Source of the DNA: Octopus bimaculoides
Taxonomy: Eukaryota
DNA: 64,000 nucleotides
Direction of reading: 5' to 3'
Assembly (NCBI RefSeq): GCF_001194135.2
Contig: NC_068986.1
Coordinates: 51,522,320 to 51,586,319, forward strand
Shown here: positions 39,150 through 52,250 of the stretch, one piece after another
Position numbering within the stretch: position 1 is the first letter of the stretch
Layout: every line of letters starts with the position of its first letter
The notes under the pieces: generated by a model
Database searches by the model: none
What the model was told of the DNA's origin: nothing
What the model saw: the letters and a program-made list of their open reading frames with translations, nothing else
Position numbers and translations under genes: made by a program

Positions 39150-39305
39150 TGGTTTCAAATGCTCAGCTGGTACTAAATTTATCAAACTTGAAAGGATGAA
39201 AGGCAAAGTCTACCCCGGCAATATCTGAAATCAGAATGTAAAGACAGAAGAAATGCCACTAAGTATTTTGCCCAGTGCAGTGATGATTCTGCCAGCTTTC
39301 TGCCT
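39150..39305 (-). mobile_element. Family F SINE
   Basis: GAAAGGATGAAAGGCAAAGTC...GATTCTGCCAGC. Confidence 0.78.
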
Positions 39306-39939
39306 CACACTCAGATTAATATTGAAAGGCTGGAAGACTCTATATATCATGAATACTTTATAGTCGTCAAAAGCCAATGAAGAAGTTTTAATTCATGGAT
39401 AGGAAACCTCTTTGGTAGTAAGAGTAAATTATACCGTTACTTTTATTTACCTTCCATGTGTCAGATAGAATATTCTATGAAAAATATATTATCTTCAGGA
39501 AAAACTTTGCTCAGATGTTTTTTCGCAATTAAAACTAGAGATATGCCTAGAGGCTCCTGTAATTAGTACTTTTCCTTCATTTCTTAATTAATTAGAGTCC
39601 TATATACTACACTGAATGATAGATAAAACCTTCATCATCATTAAGCTGGTAATTAATGATAAAAAGATATAGAAAATAAAGAAATATTTACGAGTCCTCT
39701 CTTTTACACATAAAAATATTGCAATCATAAACCAAGTTTCAGTAAACGAAATTTAAACCCTCAAGCACTTAACTCTTTAACTATTCCAGTTAATATAGAA
39801 TATATGTTTTAATTTTTAAATATTTTTAAAATTAAGAAGAATGGTAACTAATCTCATGCAAAAAGTAAAAAAGGTAAAATTTTGAGCATTACTATCTCAT
39901 GATAAGCATAACTATTACTTACAAATGATTCCCTCACAG

Positions 39940-40644
39940 ACACCAAGCACTTTCATCAACCCAATCCCTTCAGACCGGACGACCCTGCACCCATCAGACA
40001 CGACGACCCTGCACCCATCAGACACGACGACCCTGCACCCATCAGACACGACGACCCTGCACCCATCANNNNNNNNNNNNNNNNNNNNNNNNNNNNNNNN
40101 NNNNNNNNNNNNNNNNNNNNNNNNNNNNNNNNNNNNNNNNNNNNNNNNNNNNNNNNNNNNNNNNNNNNNNNNNNNNNNNNNNNNNNNNNNNNNNNNNNNN
40201 NNNNNNNNNNNNNNNNNNNNNNNNNNNNNNNNNNNNNNNNNNNNNNNNNNNNNNNNNNNNNNNNNNNNNNNNNNNNNNNNNNNNNNNNNNNNNNNNNNNN
40301 NNNNNNNNNNNNNNNNNNNNNNNNNNNNNNNNNNNNNNNNNNNNNNNNNNNNNNNNNNNNNNNNNNNNNNNNNNNNNNNNNNNNNNNNNNNNNNNNNNNN
40401 NNNNNNNNNNNNNNNNNNNNNNNNNNNNNNNNNNNNNNNNNNNNNNNNNNNNNNNNNNNNNNNNNNNNNNNNNNNNNNNNNNNNNNNNNNNNNNNNNNNN
40501 NNNNNNNNNNNNNNCTTCAGACACGACAACCCTGCACCCTTCAGACACGACAACCCTGCACCCTTCAGACACGACAACCCTGCACCCTTCAGACACGACA
40601 ACCCTATACCCTTCAGATACGATAACCCTATACCCTTCAGATAG
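39940..40644 (+). CDS. Probable exon encoding a mucin-like Pro/Ser/Thr tandem repeat (PSDTTTLH)n
   Basis: Acceptor TTCCCTCACAG|, donor AG|GTAAAA. Both sides of the gap read PSDTTTL(H/Y). Four of six observed unit differences are synonymous third-position changes in this frame. Confidence 0.58.
   Translation, partial: TPSTFINPIPSDRTTLHPSDTTTLHPSDTTTLHPSDTTTLHPSXXXXXXXXXXXXXXXXXXXXXXXXXXXXXXXXXXXXXXXXXXXXXXXXXXXXXXXXXXXXXXXXXXXXXXXXXXXXXXXXXXXXXXXXXXXXXXXXXXXXXXXXXXXXXXXXXXXXXXXXXXXXXXXXXXXXXXXXXXXXXXXXXXXXXFRHDNPAPFRHDNPAPFRHDNPAPFRHDNPIPFRYDNPIPFR
39966..40642. repeat. 24-bp minisatellite (CAGACACGACGACCCTGCACCCAT / CAGACACGACAACCCTGCACCCTT), gap-spanning
   Basis: Direct reading; true copy number is unknown because of the N run. 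Confidence 0.95.
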
Positions 40645-41229
40645 GTAAAAATTTATTAACAAATGTCTAGTATTTTTCAGAACTTGTAAAACTTCAGCCT
40701 TGAATAGTTGATACTTCTTTACAAAATGTATCTGATACTTGAGTACTATTCACATTTCTGGGATGGAATATTCATTAGACACAATCACACTCAAGATAAA
40801 GAAAGAAAGGAGAGAGAAAAAACACATCCACATAAGTGGCAAGCTTTGTGATCCATGATTAAATGTCTTTCTCACTTTCTAGCTGCAGAAGGGCCACAAG
40901 AGTTGATTCAGTACTTTACTCACAGAGCTACATAATAGTAATACATGGGCAGAAACAAGACAAAATCACAGAAATTCACAAGGGCACAGCTCAATACTTT
41001 ATCTATTCAGTCATTGTGAATCTTCAGGACCCAGTTACTAAAGCATACTAGTAAATACTAATATGCAATAGTAATTAGGTCCTGAAGCATATTACTTCCA
41101 GACCAGCATAATTTTTTCTGTATTTACAATAAGTTAAACTGAAGTAATTTAACATCACAGAATTGTTGTTTCAGAAATTTCAGAATACTATAATTAATTT
41201 CAGCTTTCATATTACATAATATTATTGAG

Positions 41230-41545
41230 TTCAAATTCCGCAGAGGTTGACTTGCCTTTGAATCTTTCGGGATCAATAAATTAAGTACCAGTGAAACACT
41301 GGGGTCGATATAATCAACTAGTCCCTGCCCACCAAATTTGAGGCCTTGTGCCTCTAGTAGAAAGGATTATTATTATTATTATCATCATTATTATTTCTAA
41401 CTTAGGCACAATACCAATAATTCTGAAGGGAGGTTGATACCACCAACTCCAGTACTAGCTCAAACTTTATTTCATCATCCCTGAACTCAGAATGTAAAAA
41501 GCCAAAATAAATTCAGCAAAGCATTTTGTCCAGTACTAACAATTC
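41230..41545. mobile_element. Two family F SINE copies in opposite orientation joined by (ATT)n
   Basis: Plus copy 41230-41370, minus copy 41400-41545. Confidence 0.78.
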
Positions 41546-41999
41546 TGCCAGCTCATCACCTTTAGCAACAACAACAAAAACAACAACGATAATAATAATA
41601 ACAATAATAATAATAATAAAATGTTGGGCCGATTCATTTCTGTAATAAAGTTTCTATCTTAATTAACAAGGGATTAAATCTCAATAAAGAATAAATGTCA
41701 ATATGAAACTTTCAACAACAGAATTCGGACAATACAAGCAAAAGCTTTATTTTCAAAGGTAGATGAAGCAACATCAAAGAAAAAATTTAAGAAGTGGCAG
41801 ATAGATTATAAACCTGGAATGGTGGAATGGCTAACAGCATTCCTGATTACTACAGTACTACATGGTCACACAATGCTTTCAAGAGTATATGAAGCAAATT
41901 AGTTGCAAAGTTTGCTTCGTGGTTCCAGGTTCCATCCTACTGAGTGGCACCTTGAGGAAGCATCTTCTACAATAGCCTCGGGCCAACCAATGCCTTCAT

Positions 42000-42170
42000 C
42001 ATCACCACCATCATCATCGTTTAATGTTTATTTTCAAGGCCAACATTAGCTGGATGGTTTGACAGGATCCAGGGCTGCATTGAGCTCCAGTATCAGCTTT
42101 GGTATGTTCTCTATGGCTGGATGCGCTTCCTAATGCCAACCACCTTACAATGTAAGTCAAATGTGACTGG
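42000..42170 (-). mobile_element. Family C element 3' part
   Basis: (CAT)n-CGTTTAATG...GGCTGGATGCGCTTCCTAATGCCAACC. Confidence 0.72.
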
Positions 42171-45139
42171 TTTTGAGAATGAAAGTGCCTGTGTGCACGT
42201 GTGTGTGTGTATGTGTGTTTGTGTGCTTGCATGCACATGCTTATGTTCCCTTGTATCTTCACATTGACACTGAGTTGAAACTGCACTTCTTTATGTTTCC
42301 TATAAACAATATGCCATGTAACTCAGTGGTTTTAGCATGGTCAATGTGTGAAGACAAATGGAATGAAAATACCTTACTTGCAAAACAAATAATGACTGGT
42401 TTTAGGATGGGCATCTGGCTGGAGAATATCACTCTGCTAAGCCATGTCCAACCCATGCAAAGCATGGAATAAAAGAAGCAGATACAAAATTATGATGATG
42501 AGTGGACACAAGTGAAAACAAATATCGACAGACAGTTATATTCTGACTTAGATCCACTAAGTTCATTACTAAAGCAATTCAGCGCACGCATGTACACACA
42601 CATACACACACACATGTTGGGCAATCTTTGCACAGATTACAAATATGATATTTCACTAACAAGGATATAACGTTAGGAAAGACATCCAGATACAGAAATC
42701 ATGCTGAAGCAGACATTTGAGCTTGGCATAGTCCTCTGGTTTGTCAGCTCCCATCAGACCATATAATCCATGCCAGTATGGGAAATAGACATTGAATAAT
42801 GCTGATGCTGATGATAATAATGAAGGCCATGTTAAAAGAGCTGGTGCTAGTGCCACATAAAAAGTTGACAGTACACTCTGTAAAATGGTTGCATCGAGAA
42901 GGACATCCTCCCATAGAAACCATTCCGGAACAGACAATAGAGACTGGTGTGCCCCCACCCCTTGCCTTACCAGCTCCTGCCAGCATGGAACATGGATGTC
43001 AAGTGATGATGATGATGAAGGCATTATTCAGTATAAGGTTATGATAGAAGAAAACACTAGTCCAAGGTTTCATTCACTTGAATCACCAAAACCACATGGT
43101 TCTGAAGCAAACTTCTCAACCACACAGCCATGCTTGCACACACACACATACACACACCAATGAAGGTGGGGTAAATGATAGAGCAAATATCTATTATATC
43201 ATATTACAAAAGATAAAAGTCAAATTAAGTACAAGTGTTGATTTAGTTAACTACACTCGCCACCCAACAAAATTGGCTTTTTAATATCTAGTTGAACAAT
43301 ATCTTTCTTATCTTTGTTCTTCTTATCATTATCATTATTATTACTACTAAGTTATTTTTATGCATTTAAAAAAGGCAATATTTGAAATAATATCTCAGAG
43401 AATTATTCAAAAATTTACCAAAAATACTGTAGAATAATGTAAAATTAGATAGGTTATTATTTTCCTTCTCTTTTGAGATAAAATATTACATCTATTAATA
43501 TTATTATACTCAGTAAATTTTCTTAGCTATTTTTCCAATTTTTTTTTTTTTTCTTTTCTTGGTGTATTTCATACAATGCAGTACTTTAACTCTGAGAAAT
43601 TTCCTTAAACCTTCAGAAAAAAATAAACCATGCTGTGCTTCTATTATCTGAACAAATTTTTTCTATTTCATCTTCTAAATTGAATATAAAAACTCAATAC
43701 CGAAAAGGAAGAAAGAAAGAGAAAAAAAAAAANNNNNNNNNNNNNNNNNNNNNNNNNNNNNNNNNNNNNNNNNNNNNNNNNNNNNNNNNNNNNNNNNNNN
43801 NNNNNNNNNNNNNNNNNNNNNNNNNNNNNNNNNNNNNNNNNNNNNNNNNNNNNNNNNNNNNNNNNNNNNNNNNNNNNNNNNNNNNNNTACTTCGAAATGA
43901 TAGTTTAGCTTAGTTTCCATAAGTAAACGCCAGAACTGAAAGTATCACTAGCTTTACTCAAGCTTGATGTACGGTATTAAATTGTAAAAAATAAAAAGCA
44001 AAAATAATACGCGTATAAATACAAAAATGTGGAAGGCATTTGACAACGTTTATGCATATTCAATATGTCAACACTAAAGGCAAATGTAAAAAAAAAAAAT
44101 AATAATTGCAACAGAAACCAAAAGAAAAAAAAAAGAAAAATGAAAGAAAACTAAAAGGAGTAGAAAAATTCTAATGTAAAAGCAGAGCTAATAATCTACT
44201 TTAAATGCAACCAATTATATGGAAATGTTGAATTGCAGTCCTGATAAAATAGTGGAATCCAATTCTGACCATTAATGCAATGTTACCTTGACCTGGTGTC
44301 ATATCAATGTTATAGACAAAAAAATTGAATCCATATCTAAAATATTGTTGTCACTAAAAGTACATTATTTTACATTTCAGCAAGTTTCTTTAACTTATTA
44401 CACACACACACACTCACACACACCATTAACAAAGAATAATCAGGCATTCTGTAGTGTGCAATAAGGTAATTCAGTTACCCAGAAAATGATAGATACGTGC
44501 TCTGAGTCTCGTCCGTGGGCCTCTTTCCCTTTTCTGGTTCAGATTAATGAATACAAAGTCAAATGTCATTAACTCTCTCTTCTCTCATTGTCAATTTATT
44601 TCTATATGTACCTTGGCTTTAAAATAGGTACGTCACCTTAAAGCATGCCATAAGAAACAATTAAATGATTGGTAACAGGAGAGACAATCAGCAGTAAAAT
44701 ACCTCAAAAAAAGAAAACTGCTGGACAGAATATTCTCATGAGATTAACAGGGTTATCCCTATTCTAGCAGAGGAACAAGCTTTGAAACATTTGTTGTAGT
44801 TGTTGCTGTTGGATTTGTATGTGTCAATTCAGAGATGATCTTTGATTAAATCAAACAGTTTGTAATGTAGGAATAAAAAGCTGTTCAAGGAAGACCTAAG
44901 CATATAGCCTATGGAATAGAATTCTCACTGAGAAGGCTCTTTTTGTGTTGATATCTGAAGATTCATAACAGACCAGTATTACTGGAATAATAAAAATGAC
45001 ACGATGTGTTATTTTATATTTCATATATTAATGTTTTGGCAATAACCTGTTAGTAAAGTAGTGATGAAACAATAGTAGTATTATGCAATAAAGCTTGTCT
45101 GCTGAAACTATTTTCTCTTATTCATATTTTTATATCTAT

Positions 45140-45680
45140 CTTTTACCTTTTACTTGTATCTGTGAAGAGAGTGTGGTCATGCTGGGCCATTGCCCTGAAG
45201 AATTTTAGTCAAACAAATAGACCCCTACTTTTTTTAAAGCTTGGTGCTTATTTCATTGATCTCTTTTGTCAAACAACTAAGTTACAGGGACATAAACATA
45301 CCAACACCAGTTCTCAAGCAGTAGTGGGGTTCAAACACAGACATACCCACACACTCAAACACACACACATATATACAATGGGCTTTCAGTTTCTGTTTAC
45401 CAAATCCTCTCACAAGGCTTTGGGCAGCCTGAGACTATAGTAGAAGACACTTGCCCAAGGTGCCACATAGATGCCCAAGACGTTTATCCCCCACAACTTG
45501 ACAACCAGTGTTAGTGTGTTACCATCCCCATAACTTGGTGGTTTGACAAAAGAGACTGACAGAGTAAGCATAAGGCTTGAAAAATAAAAAGTGTTGGAGT
45601 CAATACATTCAACTAAAATTCTTCAAGGTGGTGCCCCAGCATGGTTGCAGTCAAATGAATGAAACAAGTAAAAAAATAAA
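45140..45680. mobile_element. Minus-strand family A SINE fused to a plus-strand family A 3' half
   Basis: Orientation switch near 45475. Confidence 0.72.
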
Positions 45681-46212
45681 AGAATTTTCCAACACAATTT
45701 TACATAAAATCCTTTTATGTTCTAAACGCCAGCATTAACCAGAAATAACTGTAGAAATTGATTAATTTACTAAATCCCCTCAAAATTAATAGAAATTCGC
45801 ATACTGTTTTATTAGGAATGTGGTTATAAAAAAATTAAGTGGATTGAAATAACAACAAACAGCATAACTAAATCCCAATCAAATTTCCAAACACTTACTC
45901 ACCCGCTATGCACAATTTACTGGTTAGCAAGTTATTCTATTTGATTTTTAATCAACTTAAAACCCAGAGTCTTCTGTTTCACTTTCTTTTACCATTAGCA
46001 CTAATAATATTTCTTCTCAATGGAGGTGTAATTTTAACTGATTAAAAATTATTTTTGGCTTGATATGTTAAGAGAGCCTATACTTAACAAATACTATCAA
46101 ATTTACAGCTACTTAGTAAAGAATTCCACCAAACAAGAGGGGTTTTAGATATCAGACTTCAAAAATGTCTTCAGGTAAATAATGGGTAAGACATTCCAAA
46201 TGATTAAAGATA

Positions 46213-46590
46213 TGGCTGTGTGGTAAGAAGTTTGGTACCCAACCACATGGTTCCAGGTTCATTCCAACTGCATAACACCTTGAGCAAGTGTCTTCTACTT
46301 TAGCTTCGGGTTGAACAAAGCAGGTGAGTAGATATGGTAGACAGAAACTGAAAAAAGCTCATTATATATATGTGAGTGATAGTTGTAAACAAATGTCACT
46401 ATCATGCAAGCAGCATCCTCTTCTTAATTTTCTATGAAAACGTGTCTGGTTATGGAGAAATATTACTTTACCAGCAAGTGAGGGTAGGTGACAGGAAGAG
46501 CGTCAGGCCATAAGAAATTCACCAAAAAAACTTCTGCCTGACCCATGAAGCATAGAAAAGTGGATGTAAAATGATGATGATGATGAAATG
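46213..46590 (+). mobile_element. Family D SINE
   Basis: Family A-type head; body ends GCATAGAAAAGTGGATGTAAAATGATGATG. Confidence 0.8.
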
Positions 46591-47365
46591 TAATACTTAA
46601 TGAAATCACAGCAACCAAAGGACATTTGATACCTTGAAAAACAATACTGGTGAAACAGATGTCACTTGAACTACAAACCACTTATTCAACTGTTATTTTC
46701 GTGTCTCTACTTAAAAAGCCTCAGATTCTAAAAAGAAAACTGATAATAGAATGATTCAAGAATGTCTTTTTTTTTTTCCTAAGCTTTGTTAGGCAACAGT
46801 TCTAGATAAATAGGTGGTAGGAATCCTGAATAGATCTTGAAAGAAAACTGTTACTTCTAATCTAAAATTATTTCATTATATAATCCCAGCTGAAAAACAC
46901 CTGGTAGCCAGCAGATAACATGTTTAGTTAGAGGAGAAGAGAGAAGCATCAACAAGAAAAAAAAAAACAAAAACGAAAGCTTTGTTGCTATTTCAGCTCC
47001 TGATGTTCTTTCCAAATAACATCACTCATAAAGCACTTGGAGGAGGTTAACAGATTCTGAAAGACACATAGCACAATTAAGATACAGGATCTAATGCATA
47101 GGTAATTTAATATGTTCTAACACTGTCAACAGTTAGAGATTTAAACACCTGAACTGAAGAAACAAGAGCAGTGATGGATGGGCTACCCTAAGACTTTGAC
47201 ACACAAGATGTTAAGAAAACAATAACTGAAACACTTTATTAACATTGCCATTAAAAAAAAAAATAAAATCTGTTTAATAAAAGAAATACTTTTACCTAAA
47301 ATGCCAACTGGAAACTAAAATTTCTTGTTTCAGAATGTTTTAAAATAACAAAAGGAAATCTTAAT

Positions 47366-47399
<34 letters not shown>

Positions 47400-47599
47400 T
47401 ACATATATAGATATACATACATATACACACATACAAATATATACACATCTATATGTGTGGTTATGTAAGTATGTATGTATCTTCCTTGCATGTGTGCCAT
47501 TTCAGAATGAACAAAAACTTTTTTTTTTAAATGCCAATCAACTGTAATTGAAAAAGGAAGTGGATGAGGAAAGCTGGAATTTTTGGTTTGCTATTGCAG

Positions 47600-47633
47600 A
47601 AAAGATATATTGGAAGAAAATGACGAGACTGTG
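47600..47633 (+). CDS. Candidate short exon (KDILEENDETV if phase 2; KIYWKKMTRL if phase 1)
   Basis: Acceptor TTTGGTTTGCTATTGCAG, strong donor GTG|GTAAGC. Confidence 0.35.
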
Positions 47634-47988
47634 GTAAGCATAGTTCTAAAAACAATTTTACTGACCCATCAACTTCTCAGTACAAAGAAAGATGATTTAC
47701 TACCTCCATAGTTGTTTGATTATTATTATCATCATTATAATTATTATTAAGGTGATGAGCTGCTAGAATCATTAGTATGCAGGACAAAACGTTCAGTGGC
47801 ATTTCATACATCTGAGTTCAAATCTGCCATAGGTAGCTGCCTACTTAAAAAGTATTAAGAAAATAATGTTATTTAGCTATACTTTTACTTCGGTTGTTTA
47901 CACTATTTTACACTTGTTTATACTCTTATACATTCAAATTTCATAAATTTCCTTATTTAAATTATGAATCGTATTCCTTTCAATAATA

Positions 47989-48198
47989 TCAATATAATTG
48001 CAAAACTTCTTTGTAGATGATATTTTCTGTTTGGTCAACACTAATTTTCAAATTACTGGAGTCTGTTGCTCTACTCATACTGATGTATAACTGGCTATGT
48101 GTAAACAATGGAGTGGGTAAAAATACACCTACACGATCTAAAGTCTGGCCTTGTGCCTTGTTTGCTGTGAATGTGCAAGCGGAATCTTTAGGGTTGCA
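47989..48198 (-). pseudogene. Helitron PIF1-type helicase C-terminal remnant
   Basis: TFTANKAQGQTLDRVGVFLPTPLFTHSQLYISMSRAT...TENIIYKEVL matches the Helitron helicase end (TINKSQGQTL...VFSHGQLYVALSR...NIVYKEVL). Confidence 0.88.
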
Positions 48199-48499
48199 AA
48201 AAAATCAAACTAAGACTTACTTCTCATTGTTCTATGCAAATAATGTCTGGATGTTCTGGTACTATGGGTTATTTTGATTGATAAAGCTGAGATGTAAACA
48301 ACAGCTGCCCTGATTAACCATTTTGAGTCCTGCTCAAGACTGACACACTTCAATAACCACTAAATGATCACATATGCTATATATAACACACTTTTTCCAT
48401 TTTATTTTCACTATTAACCATCCTTGTGACCCCCTTCGTATCTACAATGGAGCAACGAACTATACGATGAAAATGCAGAGTTACTCATGGTCGGTGAAT

Positions 48500-49041
48500 T
48501 TTTCATAAAAATGTGAAGGTGGTTTATCAATTCAAAAATCATTATCCACGGAATAATTATACTTTCTGATTTTTAAATTCTAAAAACTTTCCTGACGACC
48601 GTCTTTGTAATCCCCAAAAATATCATAACCATCGATCTAGCTGTCTGGCTGTGAAGAGGAACCAAAGAGATGGACAGACAAATGGATATAACACACATTA
48701 TAGTAAGATAGCAAATCTGCCCATCTATAATGGGAAATAAAGGGACAGTATCGCAAATCTAAACCCTCTAAATTCACGAACTATATGGGGTGGGAGATCC
48801 AGAGTCGATCCTCGTCGCCGAAATTTTAACAAAAAAAAAAAAATCAAAGGTGATTTATCAATACAAAACTCAACATCCACTAAATAATCATACATTTTCA
48901 CATTTTTTTTTTTATTTTGCTAAAAACCTTCCTGATTAGCTCCTTCGTAATCCTGAAAAACATCGTGACCATTGGTCCATCCATTTGACTGTGAAGAGGG
49001 AACAAACAGACAGATAGACATAATGCCCATTATAGTAAGAT
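48500..49041 (+). mobile_element. Two diverged head-to-tail non-autonomous Helitron-like units
   Basis: Both units end GTGAAGAGG...ACAGAC...CATTATAGTAAGAT (48709 and 49041) and align over about 200 bp. Confidence 0.55.
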
Positions 49042-51019
49042 TCTATGTCAACTTGTATACTCGAAAACATGGGATCAAACTTAAACAAGTACTCTCTTTT
49101 GAATAAAAATAATTTCAATAATAAATTCAATACAAGCAATTTTTCTATTTTAACACCAGATATTGAAAACAGTGTTTTCATTAACTACCTTATCTACACA
49201 GGGCTGGTAGGTTTTCTTTAAAATGCAAAAATACAGGTTGCTTCATGAGAAGATATTCTATGAGCAGAATTCTTTTTCTTTCATCTAAAATTACAACATG
49301 CTGCCAGCAGATGCGTTGATGTAGATAGTTGTTTAGTTTCAACGCTTAGATTCTATGGTATGTGTGGGAGTTGAAACAAAGATTAAGAGCTGTGTTGACA
49401 TATCAAAACTGTTGCTTCTTGTCATTCTTCATATATTTTATATCAAAATACAACAACAAAATATTTGTATAAAAGCAACAACAAAAAGAAATCAAACAAT
49501 AGTTAAGGATTAAACTTTCTCTCTAGTGAGGATAGTATATTCGAATCAGTGAATAAAGTGATGTGAGAGTATGTGAACTGGATGAGTTCATAGTTTTCAA
49601 AAGGAATAAAAGCAACTGAAGAATGCTAGAACAAAATATACAAGGTGAAAGTTCTTTGATTTTATATGAAGTGGTAAAGGCAACTGAAGAATTTGATGAA
49701 GGAAACAAGACAGGTATTATAAACAAGATAATTTTCTGCAACAAACACAATATCGCAATCTGCCACAAGAGATTAATGGCACTCAGAAAAATTAAGCATA
49801 CGTTTGTTTTGAGAAAACTCAAAGAAGGGTAAAAAATGGAGCATGTACTCAAATTACAAAGTAATTACACACACACACACACACACACACGACAGGCTTC
49901 TTTCAGTTTCTGTTTACCTTTAAAAAAGGTGGTATTAAACCATTTTCAGATAATTGATTAGTTGAGAAATATCTAAAGAGCTATGGATGTTGAAGTATCC
50001 ACACATGTGCTAGGACGATGTTAAATAAAGAAATTCAAACAAATACAATGAAAAATAGAAACTAAATGTACGGATGAGAGATATAGCTAAATAAGTAATA
50101 TAAGTCAATAATATTTGTAGCATTGCAGCCAGTCAATTGGGCTCCATAACAAATCAATAATAGCTTTCTCGATGATAGGCTTTTACAGAAAAGCCTATCT
50201 CAATCCTCTGGAGTAGCTGATAAGGGGCCTACTTGGATGTGGAGTTACACAAAAAAAAAAAATAATAAAATAAATAAATAAAATATAAAGGTAAATAAAT
50301 AATGCTATGCAACTAAAAGAGAGAGGAAAATGCCAACAGGCAAATTACAAAATTAGTATTGATAGAACTGACTTCCTTCTTTAGCCAATTGTCAAAGGAA
50401 GAAATATTCATAGTAACACCAGAAAAGGAGAGAATATAATATAATCTGAGGAGCAATTCATTTTATTATCGTCTTATCCACATCAAGAATAAAAAATTGG
50501 GTACAATTATGAGCCATGACAAAAAAAAAAAACAAAAAAAAAACCTTTCCAGATATTTGCTTGGTCAATAAAGGTCAAAAGACTCACCTCAATTATAATC
50601 CAAAATAATTACAACAGGATTAACAGGTGGAAGTAGCATGCTGACATCATTAAAGTAAAAAACCAATATCAACAGCTCCAAGCTTTGTTATAAAAAAACA
50701 AAAAAATCAAAGTATAAAATTTCAAATAATTCACTTGGATTCAAATTTGCATTCAATCTTTGTGAACATGGTGAGTTAGTATTTACACAAGTGAACGTAA
50801 GTTATAAAGATTTGATGATTTCATCAGTTTTCTGATAAATGTAATTTCAATGATAAATAACATCATCAACACAGCTGTTAAGCTGAAGGTCATTACACTG
50901 TTGCACTAATTGGCCAGTTTTTCTCTTCCCATGATTTGTAATCAATGTCTATACCTTTGTTAGAACAGGTATATTCATAATCAACATGTGCATTGAGGTC
51001 ATTCCAATAGCTTGAATTT

Positions 51020-51360
51020 ATATCTTTTACCTGTTTCAGCCATTAGACTGCAGCCATGCTGGGGCACTGCCTTCAAGCACTTTAATCAAATGGATCGATC
51101 ACTGCCCATTCTTTTTTAAGCCTGCTAAGTTACAGGGACATAAGCATACCAACACTGGTTGCCAAGTGGTAGCAGTGGATGGTGCACGCACACACACACA
51201 CACACACACGACAGGCTTCTTTCAGTTTCTGTTTACCAAATCCACTCACTTCAGCTGACCTAAGGCTATAGTAAAGACACTTGCCCAAGGTATCACACAC
51301 TGGTAATGCACCATACAGTTGGGAAGCAAACGTCTTACCACACAGCCAAGCCTGCACCTG
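51020..51360 (-). mobile_element. Family A SINE (internally deleted)
   Basis: Tail and head recognisable in reverse. Confidence 0.78.
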
Positions 51361-51363
51361 ATG

Positions 51364-51402
<39 letters not shown>

Positions 51403-51814
51403 ATATTTAGCTAGATAGATTTCATCAATTTATAAAAAATTTTAATGCCACATTAATCCAATGTTCTGCATTACAGAATGGAACATATGATCTAATCTAG
51501 AAGTCAGCTTTAACATACCAATGGGGTGATGGTGGGACACACACACAATCAGGTCGTTTTTTTTTTTTTTTTTGGCTTTTTTATCCACAAAGTGGGTATG
51601 GCAACCAAGTTCAATTACAGGAATCTTCAAACTTGTTTCTAATTTCTTAAAATTCAAATCAAGATCTAAGCAAATACGATAATTACTCTCTAACATCCTC
51701 AAATGGTTAAATCAGAACAAGGAACATATAGGGTAGCAGGGTTCTTGCCAAAATATTTTTCTCTGAGTTTATTCAAAAATTAATATTCCTCAAATTGTAG
51801 AGTCAAATGAGTCA

Positions 51815-52250
51815 TCATCAACATCATTGTTTAGTGTCCGCTTTCCATGCTGGCATGGCTTGACATGAAGCTGGTTAGCTGGGAGCTGTCCAGACTCTAA
51901 TTGTCTGTTGTGGTATGGCTTCTATAGCTGGATGCCATTTCTAATGCCAGCCACTTAACAGAGTGTGCTGAGTGGTTTTCATGTGTCACTAGCACAGGTG
52001 TGTTTATGCAGCACCAGCACAGGTGCATTCATACAGCACTGACATGGGTGCTTTTATGAAGCATCAGCACCTGAAAGGATGAACCTGTATGTGTAGAGGA
52101 CAATGATTTTACCTAGCCTGACGCATCTTATCAAGTACAGCAAATCACCACATCTCCAGGTGCCTTGTCATTTCTTCAGTGAGGCCAAGTGTCCAAGGAT
52201 CCTTTCTCACCACTTCCCCTTCCACAGGTACCCTCCAGCACTTCTTTATG
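51815..52250 (-). mobile_element. Family C element
   Basis: (CAT)n tail and internal GCACCAGCACAGGTG repeats. Confidence 0.75.

Noticed and set aside
39915-40662. Alternative frames of the 24-bp repeat (EGCRVVVS, CLKGAGLS, RHDNPAPF)
   Set aside because: Unit variation is less often silent in these frames and splice signals fit only the PSDTTTLH frame. The array has no spacers and is not CRISPR-like.
48017-48277. 86-aa plus-strand ORF with hydrophobic stretches
   Set aside because: It is the antisense shadow of the Helitron helicase remnant.
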